Below are positions 48,277-56,377 of a stretch of DNA of 64,000 bases, in pieces; positions within the stretch are counted from its first letter, which is position 1, and each line of letters starts with the position of its first letter. Source of the DNA: Gemmatimonadales bacterium (lineage in GTDB: Bacteria; Gemmatimonadota; Gemmatimonadetes; Gemmatimonadales; GWC2-71-9). A program made the translations under genes and the position numbers. The DNA is taken from assembly GCA_040901965.1 (NCBI GenBank), contig JBBDYB010000005.1:31345-95344 (forward strand). Direction: 5' to 3'. Under the pieces are notes generated by a model. The model saw nothing but the letters and a program-made list of their open reading frames with translations. It ran no database searches and was not told the DNA's origin.

Positions 48277-48801
48277 ATCCGTGTCCTAAAGGACCGGCTC
48301 GGCCACTACACGCGTCCTTAAGGACGCCGGGTGCGCTCATTTGGTTGGTTCGCCTTGAGCCGCCCCGATATCCTCGACCATGCCTTTCCATCTTTACGCG
48401 CATCTCTCGTGGACAACCTGGGGACGCCTGCCGCTGATCGACCAACAAGTCGCGAGCTTCCTCGCCCCCTTTCTCCTGGCGGAAGCGAAGCGGCACAATA
48501 CGCGCGTCGTGGAGATCGGGATCGTGCGCGATCACGTGCACATGCTGTTGGAGCTGCCCCCCGCCTACGATGTGCCGCGATTGGTGCAGGGCCTGAAAGG
48601 CGCGAGCGCGCGCCTCGCCAACCGCGATGGGCATTCGGCGCGCAAGAGTCTCCGGTGGGAACCGGGCTACGACTTTCGGTCGGTTGGGATTCGCCAGCTC
48701 CCCAACGTAACCGCGTATGTTCGCGACCAAGAGCTCAAGCACGGGAGCCCACGCCCTTCAGGGCGCGTGTCGTAGCCGAGCCGGCGCTTCAGCGCACGGA
48801 T
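48277..48801 (+). mobile_element. IS200/IS605-like or RAYT unit: Y1 transposase gene bracketed by left and right halves of the REP-like hairpin
   Basis: The left half at 48277-48328 is ATCCGTGTCCTAAAGGACCGGCTCGGCCACTACACGCGTCCTTAAGGACGC. The right half at 48750-48801 is CACGCCCTTCAGGGCGCGTGTCGTAGCCGAGCCGGCGCTTCAGCGCACGGAT. The tnpA-like gene lies between them. Confidence 0.75.
48380..48775 (+). CDS. tnpA: Y1 HUH transposase (IS200-like TnpA / REP-associated tyrosine transposase)
   Basis: HUH motif 'RDHVHMLLELPP'. Motifs 'LKGASARL' and 'RWEPGYDFRSVG'. Catalytic Tyr region 'VTAYVRDQELKH'. 131 aa. The 3' end runs into the right REP half. Confidence 0.8.
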   Translation: MPFHLYAHLSWTTWGRLPLIDQQVASFLAPFLLAEAKRHNTRVVEIGIVRDHVHMLLELPPAYDVPRLVQGLKGASARLANRDGHSARKSLRWEPGYDFRSVGIRQLPNVTAYVRDQELKHGSPRPSGRVS

Positions 48802-48854
48802 AAGAATCAACCGGGCTCGCGGTCCCCACCTATCGAGAGACGGGCCGTCGTTGT

Positions 48855-48881
48855 ATCCGTGTCCTGAAGACGGGCTCGGCC
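48855..48881 (+). repeat. degenerate REP-like left arm
   Basis: ATCCGTGTCCTGAAGACGGGCTCGGCC resembles the left arm (GTCCTAAAGGAC becomes GTCCTGAAGAC). No partner right arm follows. Confidence 0.55.
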
Positions 48882-48922
48882 CCAGCCTCGCGCCCTCCCG
48901 CCGATTGCGGTACTCTCCCGCG

Positions 48923-49714
48923 ATGCCGGTCTCCTCGTACGACGTCATTCCCGACTTTGGCCTGCTCTACGACAGCGTGCCGCTGTACACGGCGCGTCCG
49001 GACGTCGCGTTCTATGTGGACGAAGCCAAAGCCGCCGGGGGGAAGGTGCTCGAGCTGGGCTGCGGCACCGGCCGCATTCTCGTGCCGATCGCGCGCGCGG
49101 GAGCAACCGTGGTGGGCATCGACAGCTCCCAACAGATGCTCGCGCGCTGCCGCGCCAAGCTCGCCGCCGAGCCGGCCGCAGTGCAGGCGCGCGTCACGCT
49201 CCACCAGCAGGACGTGCACGACTTCGATGTCGGCGCCGCATACGCCCTCGTGATCGCGCCCTTCCGCGTGCTTCAGCATGTGCCGGCCGTGGAGGATCAG
49301 TTGCGCGTGCTCGCGCGCGTGCATCGCCACCTCGCGCCGGGTGGGCGGTTCGTGTTCGACGTCTTCAATCCCAATTTCGCCAGGCTCACGGGCGCCGATG
49401 GGACGGAACAGGAGGACACGCCGGAGGTCTCACTGCCGGACGGCCGCGCGTTTCGTCGCACGTACCGGATCGTGCGTGTCCACTGGGGGGCGCAAACGAG
49501 CGACAGTGAGCTGATCTACTACGTGTCCCCTCGGCCCGGCGTGCCGGCCGAGCGCTTCGTGCAGGCGTTCGAGATGCGGTGGTATTTGCGCGCCGAGCTG
49601 GAGCACCTGCTCGCGCGCAGCGGGTTCCGGGTCCGCGAGATCTACGGCGACTTCAAGCGGGGACCGCTCGTTGACGGGGCGCCGGAGCAAGTCGTGATCG
49701 CGGAGCGCGCTTAG
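48923..49714 (+). CDS. class I SAM-dependent methyltransferase
   Basis: 'VLELGCGTGRILVPIARAG', 'VVGIDSSQQML'. The internal ATG at 48923 was chosen because the track start lies inside REP sequence. Confidence 0.85.
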   Translation: MPVSSYDVIPDFGLLYDSVPLYTARPDVAFYVDEAKAAGGKVLELGCGTGRILVPIARAGATVVGIDSSQQMLARCRAKLAAEPAAVQARVTLHQQDVHDFDVGAAYALVIAPFRVLQHVPAVEDQLRVLARVHRHLAPGGRFVFDVFNPNFARLTGADGTEQEDTPEVSLPDGRAFRRTYRIVRVHWGAQTSDSELIYYVSPRPGVPAERFVQAFEMRWYLRAELEHLLARSGFRVREIYGDFKRGPLVDGAPEQVVIAERA

Positions 49715-49765
49715 AGCGCGCTCGAGGGGTTCGCGGGGCACCGGCGTTTGAGCTAACTCTGAGGC

Positions 49766-50308
49766 ATGGATCACAATCTCGATCGCTCCATCGAGATCCT
49801 CGGGCGCACGCCCGCGACCCTCTCGGCGCTGCTCGGTGGAATCCACGACGCGTGGGCCCGCGGCACCGAAGGGCCCGAGACGTTCAGTCCGTTCGACGTC
49901 GTCGGCCACCTGATTGACGGCGAGGAGACGGACTGGATCCCGAGGGCCCGCATTATCCTTGCCCAAGGTCCGAGCCTTCGCTTCGAGCCCTACGACCGAT
50001 TCCGCCATTGCACGCGCAATGCCGGTCGCTCGCTCGCGGCGCTCGTCAGCGAGTTCGCTGCGCTCCGTGCCAGCAACCTGGAGCTGCTGCGCTCCTGGAA
50101 GCTCAGCGCGCGGCAGCTCGATCTCCCGGGCGAGCACCCGAGCCTCGGCGCCGTGACGCTCCGGCAGCTCCTGGCCACCTGGGTCGTGCACGACCTCGGC
50201 CATATCGCCCAGGTTGCGCGCGTCATGGCGAAGCAATACGGCGATCAGGTCGGGCCCTGGACGCCGTTTCTGCCCGTTCTCACCGATCATTCCGTCCCGC
50301 GCTCATGA
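49766..50308 (+). CDS. DinB-family (DinB_2/DUF664-like) metal-dependent protein
   Basis: A four-helix-bundle-type sequence with conserved His: 'VVGHLIDGEE', 'WVVHDLGHIAQV'. Confidence 0.75.
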   Translation: MDHNLDRSIEILGRTPATLSALLGGIHDAWARGTEGPETFSPFDVVGHLIDGEETDWIPRARIILAQGPSLRFEPYDRFRHCTRNAGRSLAALVSEFAALRASNLELLRSWKLSARQLDLPGEHPSLGAVTLRQLLATWVVHDLGHIAQVARVMAKQYGDQVGPWTPFLPVLTDHSVPRS

Positions 50309-50344
50309 CGCGGCTGGTGATTCGCCAGGGCAGGGGCCAGACCG

Positions 50345-50849
50345 ATGGCGTTCCCTGACTCCTTCTCCACCACCCGCCTGCGTGCCGAGCGACTCACGCC
50401 CGAGCACTTCGATGCCCTGTGCGGCATGGAATCGCGATCCGCGGTTCATGGGCCTGCTCGGCGGCCCGCGCGACGCGGCGCAGACGGCCGACTATCTGGC
50501 CAAGAACCTGGAGCATTGGGCCGAGTACGGATTCGGGCTCTGGGTCCTGCGGGACGTCGACGGCCGCATCGTGGGGCGCGGGGCGGTGCGCCATCTTCTG
50601 GTCGAGGACACCGACGAAACGGAACTGGGCTACGGCTTCTATCCCGCGTTCTGGGGGCGCGGGCTCGCCACCGAAATCGCCAAGTCGTTTCTCCAGTACG
50701 GGCGCGAGCAGCTGGGCTTGCCGTCGCTCGTGGCGATCACGCGACATGCGAACGTCGGCTCGCAGCGCGTCCTGATCAAGACAGGGCTCGTGTACGAGCG
50801 CGACATTGACCACGAGGGCGTCCCCCACCTGCTGTACCGTTCCGTCTGA
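50345..50849 (+). pseudogene. GNAT family N-acetyltransferase with apparent frameshift near 50425-50435
   Basis: The N-terminal 'FSTTRLRAERLTPEHFDALCGM' is in frame 2. The continuation 'NRDPRFMGLLGG...GFGLWVLRD...ELGYGFYPAFWGRGLATE' is in frame 0. Both halves match the RimJ/RimL-like GNAT pattern. Confidence 0.65.
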
Positions 50850-51355
50850 TGCGTTGGTCCAGCGTTGGCCTCGCGCTCCGCAGCATCCTTTGGACGCTCC
50901 TGCTTCCGGGTCTCTTTGCCGGCTACCTCCCGTGGCGATTTTTCGGGCTCGCGCAGGTGCAGCCCGATCTCCGCAATCCGGTGCACATCCTGGCGCTCCT
51001 CATGATCGGAGCCGGCGCGGCGCTGCTCCTCACCTGCATCTGGGAGTTCGCGCGCAGCGGCCGCGGCACCTTGTCGCCCGTGGACCCGCCCCGGGAGCTC
51101 GTAGTACGGGGTCTCTATCGGTACGTACGCAATCCGATGTACTTGAGCGTCACCATGATCGTGTTGGGGGAGGTGCTGCTCACCGGGTCGCGCGCCCTGC
51201 TGCTCTACTGGACCATCTGGTTCGTCGCCGTCAACCTCTTCGTGATCGGCTACGAGGAACCCACGCTCCGTCGCCGCTTCGGCGAATCGTACGAGCGCTA
51301 CACCCGCGAGGTAGGACGGTGGCTGCCGAGCGTCAGGCGGACTCGTCGGAGTTAG
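50849..51355 (+). CDS. isoprenylcysteine carboxyl methyltransferase (ICMT)/phospholipid methyltransferase family membrane protein
   Basis: 'LVVRGLYRYVRNPMYLSVTMIVLGEVLL', 'EEPTLRRRFGESYERYTREV'. Confidence 0.82.
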   Translation: MRWSSVGLALRSILWTLLLPGLFAGYLPWRFFGLAQVQPDLRNPVHILALLMIGAGAALLLTCIWEFARSGRGTLSPVDPPRELVVRGLYRYVRNPMYLSVTMIVLGEVLLTGSRALLLYWTIWFVAVNLFVIGYEEPTLRRRFGESYERYTREVGRWLPSVRRTRRS

Positions 51356-51494
51356 GAACCCGCCCATCTCGCATCTCAGCACGTCCTCCACCGTCCGCGT
51401 CCTCGCCGGTCTCGCCGCCGGGCTCGCGCTGGGCACCGTCGCCGCCGCTACCAGGCAGCCGGCGCTGCTCGCCATCGCCGCCGCGCTCGAGCCC

Positions 51495-52610
51495 GTGGGC
51501 ACGCTCTGGACCAACGCCATCCGCATGACCGTGATCCCGCTCGTGATCGCGCTGGTGATCACGGGTGTCGCCGCCACGGCCGACCTGCGGCACGTCGGCC
51601 GGCTGGGCGCCCGCGCGCTGCCGATCTTCGTCGTGCTCCTCGTCGCGGGAGGTTTATTCGCGCTGCTCCTCGCCCCGCTCGCGCTCGATCGTCTCGCGAT
51701 CGCGCCCGATGTGGCGGCGACGCTGCGGACCGGCGCGGCGATCGACACCACGGCGCAGGCGGCCATGCCGGGGCTCGTCGAGCGCCTCGTCGCGATCGTG
51801 CCCGCCAATCCATTCCGTGCCGCGGCGGACGGCGCGATGCTGCCGCTCGTCGTGTTTACGCTGATCTTCGCCGTGGCGCTCGCCCGTCTCGAGCCCGCCC
51901 GGCGCGAGCCCGTCGTCCAGCTCTTTCACAGCATCGCCGACGCCATGCTCGTGGTGGTCGGGTGGATCCTCGCGCTCGCGCCGATCGGCATCTTCGCGCT
52001 GGCGCTGGGCCTCGCCGCCCGCCTGGGCGCCGCGGCCGCCGGCGCGTTGATCTACTATATGGCCACGCTCTCGGGCGTGCTGCTGCTGTTCACGCTCGCG
52101 CTCTACCCGGTCGCCACGGCCCTGGGCCGCGTTCCGCTCGCCCGCTTCGCGGCCGCCCTCGCTCCCGCCCAGGCGGTGGCCTTCAGCTCGCGCTCCTCCC
52201 TCGCGGCGCTCCCGGCGCTGATCACGGGCGCCCGCGAGCGGCTCCACGCGTCGCCGGTGATCACCGGATTCGTGCTGCCGCTCGCCGTGTCCGTGTTCCG
52301 GCTCAACGTGCCGGTCGCCTGGGTGGTCGGGGCGATATTCCTCGGCCGGTTGTACGGCGTGGAGCTCGCGCTCCCCGAGCTGATCGGGCTCGTCGTAACC
52401 GCGACGCTGATCAGCTTCAGCGTGCCGGGGATTCCGAGCGGCAGCCTGTTTCTCCTGGCTCCCGTTCTGGTGGATTTGGGCTTGCCCGCCGAGGGGGCGG
52501 GCATTCTGATCGCGGTGGACGCGATCCCCGACATGTTCAAGACCACGTTGAACGTGACGGGGCACCTCACGGTCGCGGCGAGCGTGGGCCGGGCGGAGAG
52601 CCCGGGCTGA
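51495..52610 (+). CDS. dicarboxylate/amino acid:cation symporter (DAACS/GltP family); true start probably upstream of 51495
   Basis: 'LWTNAIRMTVIPLVIALVITGVA', 'SSRSSLAALP', 'DAIPDMFKTTLNVTG'. The upstream in-frame sequence encodes the expected TM1 'VRVLAGLAAGLALGTV' but has no canonical start after the stop at 51312-51314. Confidence 0.85.
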   Translation: MGTLWTNAIRMTVIPLVIALVITGVAATADLRHVGRLGARALPIFVVLLVAGGLFALLLAPLALDRLAIAPDVAATLRTGAAIDTTAQAAMPGLVERLVAIVPANPFRAAADGAMLPLVVFTLIFAVALARLEPARREPVVQLFHSIADAMLVVVGWILALAPIGIFALALGLAARLGAAAAGALIYYMATLSGVLLLFTLALYPVATALGRVPLARFAAALAPAQAVAFSSRSSLAALPALITGARERLHASPVITGFVLPLAVSVFRLNVPVAWVVGAIFLGRLYGVELALPELIGLVVTATLISFSVPGIPSGSLFLLAPVLVDLGLPAEGAGILIAVDAIPDMFKTTLNVTGHLTVAASVGRAESPG

Positions 52611-52651
52611 GGCTGTTGTGCCGGTCCAGAGTCGAGTAGTCTTAGGTCTGC

Positions 52652-53056
52652 ATGCGGCAGCCTGCATTTCTCCTACGCGCGGTGCTCACCGGCGCCCTGT
52701 TTTTCGCCGGCGCGGCGGCGTGCGATGCTTCCTCCGGCCCCGGCGGTCTCCTCAGCGGTCACTGGGTGTCCGACACCAGCTTTTCGGTGACGATCGACAT
52801 CACGCTCACGCATCGCGATACCGTGATCGAGGGGCGGGGGACGATGTTTACCACGACGCCCCACCAGCTCTCCATTATCGGGTTCTATTCGTCAATCGCC
52901 TCGAACCCCACCCCCATCATTATCACGTTTTCGGGCGTCAACCTCGTGCCGGCGATCTACTTTGGCACGCTCGCGTCAGACGGCCGTTCCATGCGAGGCG
53001 AATACCGCTGGGCGTTCGGCATCGCGCCCGACACGGTGACATTCATCCGCCAGTAG
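52652..53056 (+). CDS. hypothetical lipoprotein
   Basis: Signal peptide with lipobox 'FAGAAAC'. No family recognised. Confidence 0.55.
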   Translation: MRQPAFLLRAVLTGALFFAGAAACDASSGPGGLLSGHWVSDTSFSVTIDITLTHRDTVIEGRGTMFTTTPHQLSIIGFYSSIASNPTPIIITFSGVNLVPAIYFGTLASDGRSMRGEYRWAFGIAPDTVTFIRQ

Positions 53057-53129
53057 TCCCTGCCCTGAAGGCATGCAACAGGTTCGGCCCGAACAGCATC
53101 TAAGCAGGTAACCTCTCCCGGAGCTCTCC

Positions 53130-53595
53130 ATGCGTCTCGCGCAGACGGTTTTGTGCTTTACGGTCCTGGCCGCACCCGCTGCCGCTCAGGAACCCAGCAC
53201 GCCGCCGCCTCCCACGCTTCCCTCCATCACACTTCCTGCCGAGCTCGATCGCGTCCTCCGCGACTACGAGCGCGCCTGGAAGGCGGGCGATGAGGCCGCG
53301 CTCGCCGCGCTGTTCACCGCGGACGGGTTCGTGCCGTCGGGGCGGGGGTGGGTGCGCGGACGCGACGCGATTCGCGCCAACTATGCGAATTCGAGCGGCG
53401 GCCTGCAGCTGCGCGCGCTGGCCTTCGCGGTCCAGGATACGGTTGGCTACATCGTCGGCGCTTACGGCTACGGTGACGTCGCGCCCACTCCGGATCGGGG
53501 CAAATTCGTGCTCGCGCTGCGGCGCGCGCGGGGCGGGGGGGGGTCCCTGGCTCATCGCGGCCGACATCGATCAGAGCAACCGGCCGCAGCAGTAG
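53130..53595 (+). pseudogene. DUF4440/SnoaL-like (NTF2-fold) secreted protein, frame broken in a G9 tract
   Basis: Frame 0 gives 'DYERAWKAGDEAALAALFTADGF...GKFVLALRRARGGGG', then runs on without a stop. Frame +1 continues with the expected 'PWLIAADIDQSNRPQQ*'. The junction is the G9 run at 53535-53543. Removing one G restores one ORF of about 154 aa. Confidence 0.7.
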
Positions 53596-53638
53596 CCAGA
53601 AGACGGAAACCATCCAAGCGAAACGCCGTACGTCAGCC

Positions 53639-54979
53639 ATGCATCCCTATCGCACAGCTCTCTGCATGGGAGCGACTTTCCTTCCAGGAATCCTCGGCGG
53701 GCAGGACCCCGCGCTCGGACCCTGGCAGGGCTACTGGGCTCGCAGTGGCGATACGCTCGGCGTCACCCTCGACATCCAGGCGGGCGATGCACCGCACGGC
53801 TACCGCGCGTCATTCTCATCCGATCGGATCCGCGTCGCAGGAATTCCGTTTGCGTCGGTCGAACGCGACGGATGCTGCCTCATCCGGTTGACACTCCGCG
53901 GCGACGCGACGACATCCGTGTTCCAGGGCACGATCCGGGGAGACTCGATCACCGGGACGTTCACCGAGGCAGGAGCATCGGGGACGTTTGCGCTGCGCCG
54001 CGGGCCGAAGGCCTCCCCGCTTCGCGAAGCGGAGGTGCAGTTCTCCAACGGCTCGGTGCGTTTGAGCGGCACGCTGATCCTTCCGCGCTCGGCGCCGCCG
54101 TACCCCGCGGTGGTCATGGTCCATGGGTCGGGGGCCGAAGGACGATGGGCGAACCGCTTTCTGGCCCATCGCCTCGCGCAGGCCGGCGTTGCGGCGCTCA
54201 TCTTCGACAAGCGCGGCGTCGGCCAATCCTCGGGCGACTGGCAGTCCGCCGGTTTCGAAAACCTCGCGGCCGATGCCGCCAGCGGCGTGGCGATGCTGCG
54301 CGAGAGAAGCGACATCCGCGCGGGGAGCGTCGGCGTGTTTGGCCACAGCCAGGGCGCCACCATTCTGCCGCTCGTTGCAGGCGCGGGAGGCGTGGCGTTT
54401 CTCATCGCCTCGGCCGGCTCGGCCGTCGCCACCGACTCCGCCGAGCGATTCAGTCTGCGCAACGCCGTCGGCTTCTCCACGTTGCCTCCCGACGAGGCGG
54501 CACACGCGAACCGGTACATCGAGGCGCTCGTGCGGGTGGCCTACTACGGTGAGCCGCGTGAGGAAATGGATTCACTCGCCACCGCGCTCGCCGGGAAGCC
54601 CTGGTACTTCGCGCCACCACCTCCGGCCAGTCACTACTGGGCGTTCTCCCGGCGCATAGCGGGATATGAGCCGCGGCGCCATTGGATGCAGGTCACCGTA
54701 CCGGTGATGCTCGTGTATGGTAGTGCGGACCAGCGCGTACCCACGGAGGCGAGCGTGCGGGCGATCCGAGAGGCTTTAGCTGCGGCGCATCGCGACCCGC
54801 CCACCGTGTGCGTGTACCCCGGGGCCGATCATACCCAGAGGCTGCGGCGGGCCGGCGCCGTGTGGCCACGCAATGCCCCCGGGTATCTCGAAGATTTGCT
54901 TGCATGGGTGCGGTTCGCCGCCGGCGTTGATGGGCGCACCGACTCGCGCGCGGGCCGTCTCACCGGTGCTTGCACTTGA
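53639..54979 (+). CDS. alpha/beta hydrolase (S9/dienelactone-hydrolase-like) with N-terminal beta-rich domain
   Basis: 'PAVVMVHGSGAEGR', nucleophile elbow 'VGVFGHSQGA', 'VPVMLVYGSADQRVP', 'YPGADH'. Confidence 0.8.
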   Translation: MHPYRTALCMGATFLPGILGGQDPALGPWQGYWARSGDTLGVTLDIQAGDAPHGYRASFSSDRIRVAGIPFASVERDGCCLIRLTLRGDATTSVFQGTIRGDSITGTFTEAGASGTFALRRGPKASPLREAEVQFSNGSVRLSGTLILPRSAPPYPAVVMVHGSGAEGRWANRFLAHRLAQAGVAALIFDKRGVGQSSGDWQSAGFENLAADAASGVAMLRERSDIRAGSVGVFGHSQGATILPLVAGAGGVAFLIASAGSAVATDSAERFSLRNAVGFSTLPPDEAAHANRYIEALVRVAYYGEPREEMDSLATALAGKPWYFAPPPPASHYWAFSRRIAGYEPRRHWMQVTVPVMLVYGSADQRVPTEASVRAIREALAAAHRDPPTVCVYPGADHTQRLRRAGAVWPRNAPGYLEDLLAWVRFAAGVDGRTDSRAGRLTGACT

Positions 54980-55002
54980 GGTGGACCCGATCGTCCTATG
55001 TT

Positions 55003-55088
55003 GTCCGTGCCCTAAAGGGCCGGCTCGGCTACTGCACGCGTCCTTAAGGACGTGTGTCTTGGCCGAGCCGGCGCTTCAGCGCACGGAT
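55003..55088 (+). repeat. REP-like structured hairpin unit, copy 3 (diverged, with compensatory changes)
   Basis: The sequence is GTCCGTGCCCTAAAGGGCCGGCTCGGCTACTGCACGCGTCCTTAAGGACGTGTGTCTTGGCCGAGCCGGCGCTTCAGCGCACGGAT. The sub-hairpins CCCTAAAGGG and CGTCCTTAAGGACG differ from copies 1 and 2 by paired substitutions that keep complementarity. Confidence 0.8.
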
Positions 55089-55225
55089 CCGCAGCCGCGA
55101 CTCGGCGGCCATCGCGGCAATCCATGCCTTCCTGGCGTTCCAGCGCGGCGACCATCGCGCGGCGAGCCACGATTCCCCTTAGGCCCCGCGCTGGCGCGCA
55201 CGGGCGTTTCGCGTACTCTATTCTG

Positions 55226-56377
55226 ATGACCTCCATGCCCATTCTGAAACGCCTCGTGCTGCCGCTGTTCGCGGCCGTTCTCGCTCCCACTGCCGCCTGC
55301 ACTCAGTCCCCACCGCAGGAATTCAGCTCGGAGCGCCACCGGTTCCGCCTGGTGACGGTCGCGGATGGCCTCGACCATCCCTGGGGACTCGCGTTCCTCC
55401 CCGACGGCCGCATGCTTGTCACCGAGCGAACAGGCACGCTCCGCATCGTCGCGCAGGATGGACGCGTCTCGGCGCCGGTCTCTGGCGTGCCCGCTGTGCA
55501 CGCACAGGGGCAGGGCGGCCTCCTCGACGTGGTCCTCGCCCCCGACTTTGCGAGGAGCCGCATGATTTACCTGAGCTACGCCGAAGCGGGGGCGAATGGG
55601 ACGGCGGGGACCGCGGTCGCGCGCGGCCGGCTCGGCGACGACGGGGAGGGGATCAGCAACGTCGAGGTGGTGTTCTGGCAGCAACCCAAGGTGACCGGAG
55701 GCGCCCACTTCGGCTCGCGCCTCGTGTTCGCGCGCGACGGCAGTCTCTTCATCACGACCGGCGACCGGCAGCAGCGCCCCTACGTCCAGGACCTCACTCG
55801 GCAGCAGGGGAAGGTGATCCGCATCCGGCCGGATGGGACGGTCCCCTCCGATAATCCGTTCGTGACGAGTGACGGCGCGCGGTCGGCGATCTGGTCCTAC
55901 GGCCACCGGAACGTGCAGGGCGCCGCGCTCCATCCGGAGACCGGCGTGCTCTGGACGGTCGAGCACGGCGCGCGGGGCGGCGACGAGCTCAACGCTCCCC
56001 AAAAGGGAAAGAACTACGGTTGGCCCGTGATCACGTACGGCCGCGATTACTCGGGCGCCAGCATCGGCGAGGGACAAAGAAAGGAAGGCATGGAGCAGCC
56101 GGTCCACTATTGGGACCCGTCCATCGCGCCGAGCGGACTGCTGTTCTATACGGGCGATCGCTTCCCACAGTGGAAGGGTAGCCTGTTCGTCGGCGCGCTG
56201 AGCTTCCGGTTGCTGTCCCGACTCGAGTTGGACGGCGAACGCGTGACATTCGAGGAGCGCCTGCTCCGCGATTATGGCCAACGGATCCGCGACGTGCGCC
56301 AAGGTCCGGACGGCTACATCTACCTGGTCACCGACGAAGGCGACGGAAGGATCCTGAGGCTCGAGCCGGTCCCGTAA
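55226..56377 (+). CDS. PQQ-dependent sugar dehydrogenase (soluble aldose sugar dehydrogenase YliI-like)
   Basis: Signal peptide and lipobox 'APTAAC'. Motifs 'DHPWGLAFLPDGRMLVTER', 'HFGSRLVF', 'WSYGHRNVQG', 'GGDELN', 'GPDGYIY'. Confidence 0.88.
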   Translation: MTSMPILKRLVLPLFAAVLAPTAACTQSPPQEFSSERHRFRLVTVADGLDHPWGLAFLPDGRMLVTERTGTLRIVAQDGRVSAPVSGVPAVHAQGQGGLLDVVLAPDFARSRMIYLSYAEAGANGTAGTAVARGRLGDDGEGISNVEVVFWQQPKVTGGAHFGSRLVFARDGSLFITTGDRQQRPYVQDLTRQQGKVIRIRPDGTVPSDNPFVTSDGARSAIWSYGHRNVQGAALHPETGVLWTVEHGARGGDELNAPQKGKNYGWPVITYGRDYSGASIGEGQRKEGMEQPVHYWDPSIAPSGLLFYTGDRFPQWKGSLFVGALSFRLLSRLELDGERVTFEERLLRDYGQRIRDVRQGPDGYIYLVTDEGDGRILRLEPVP

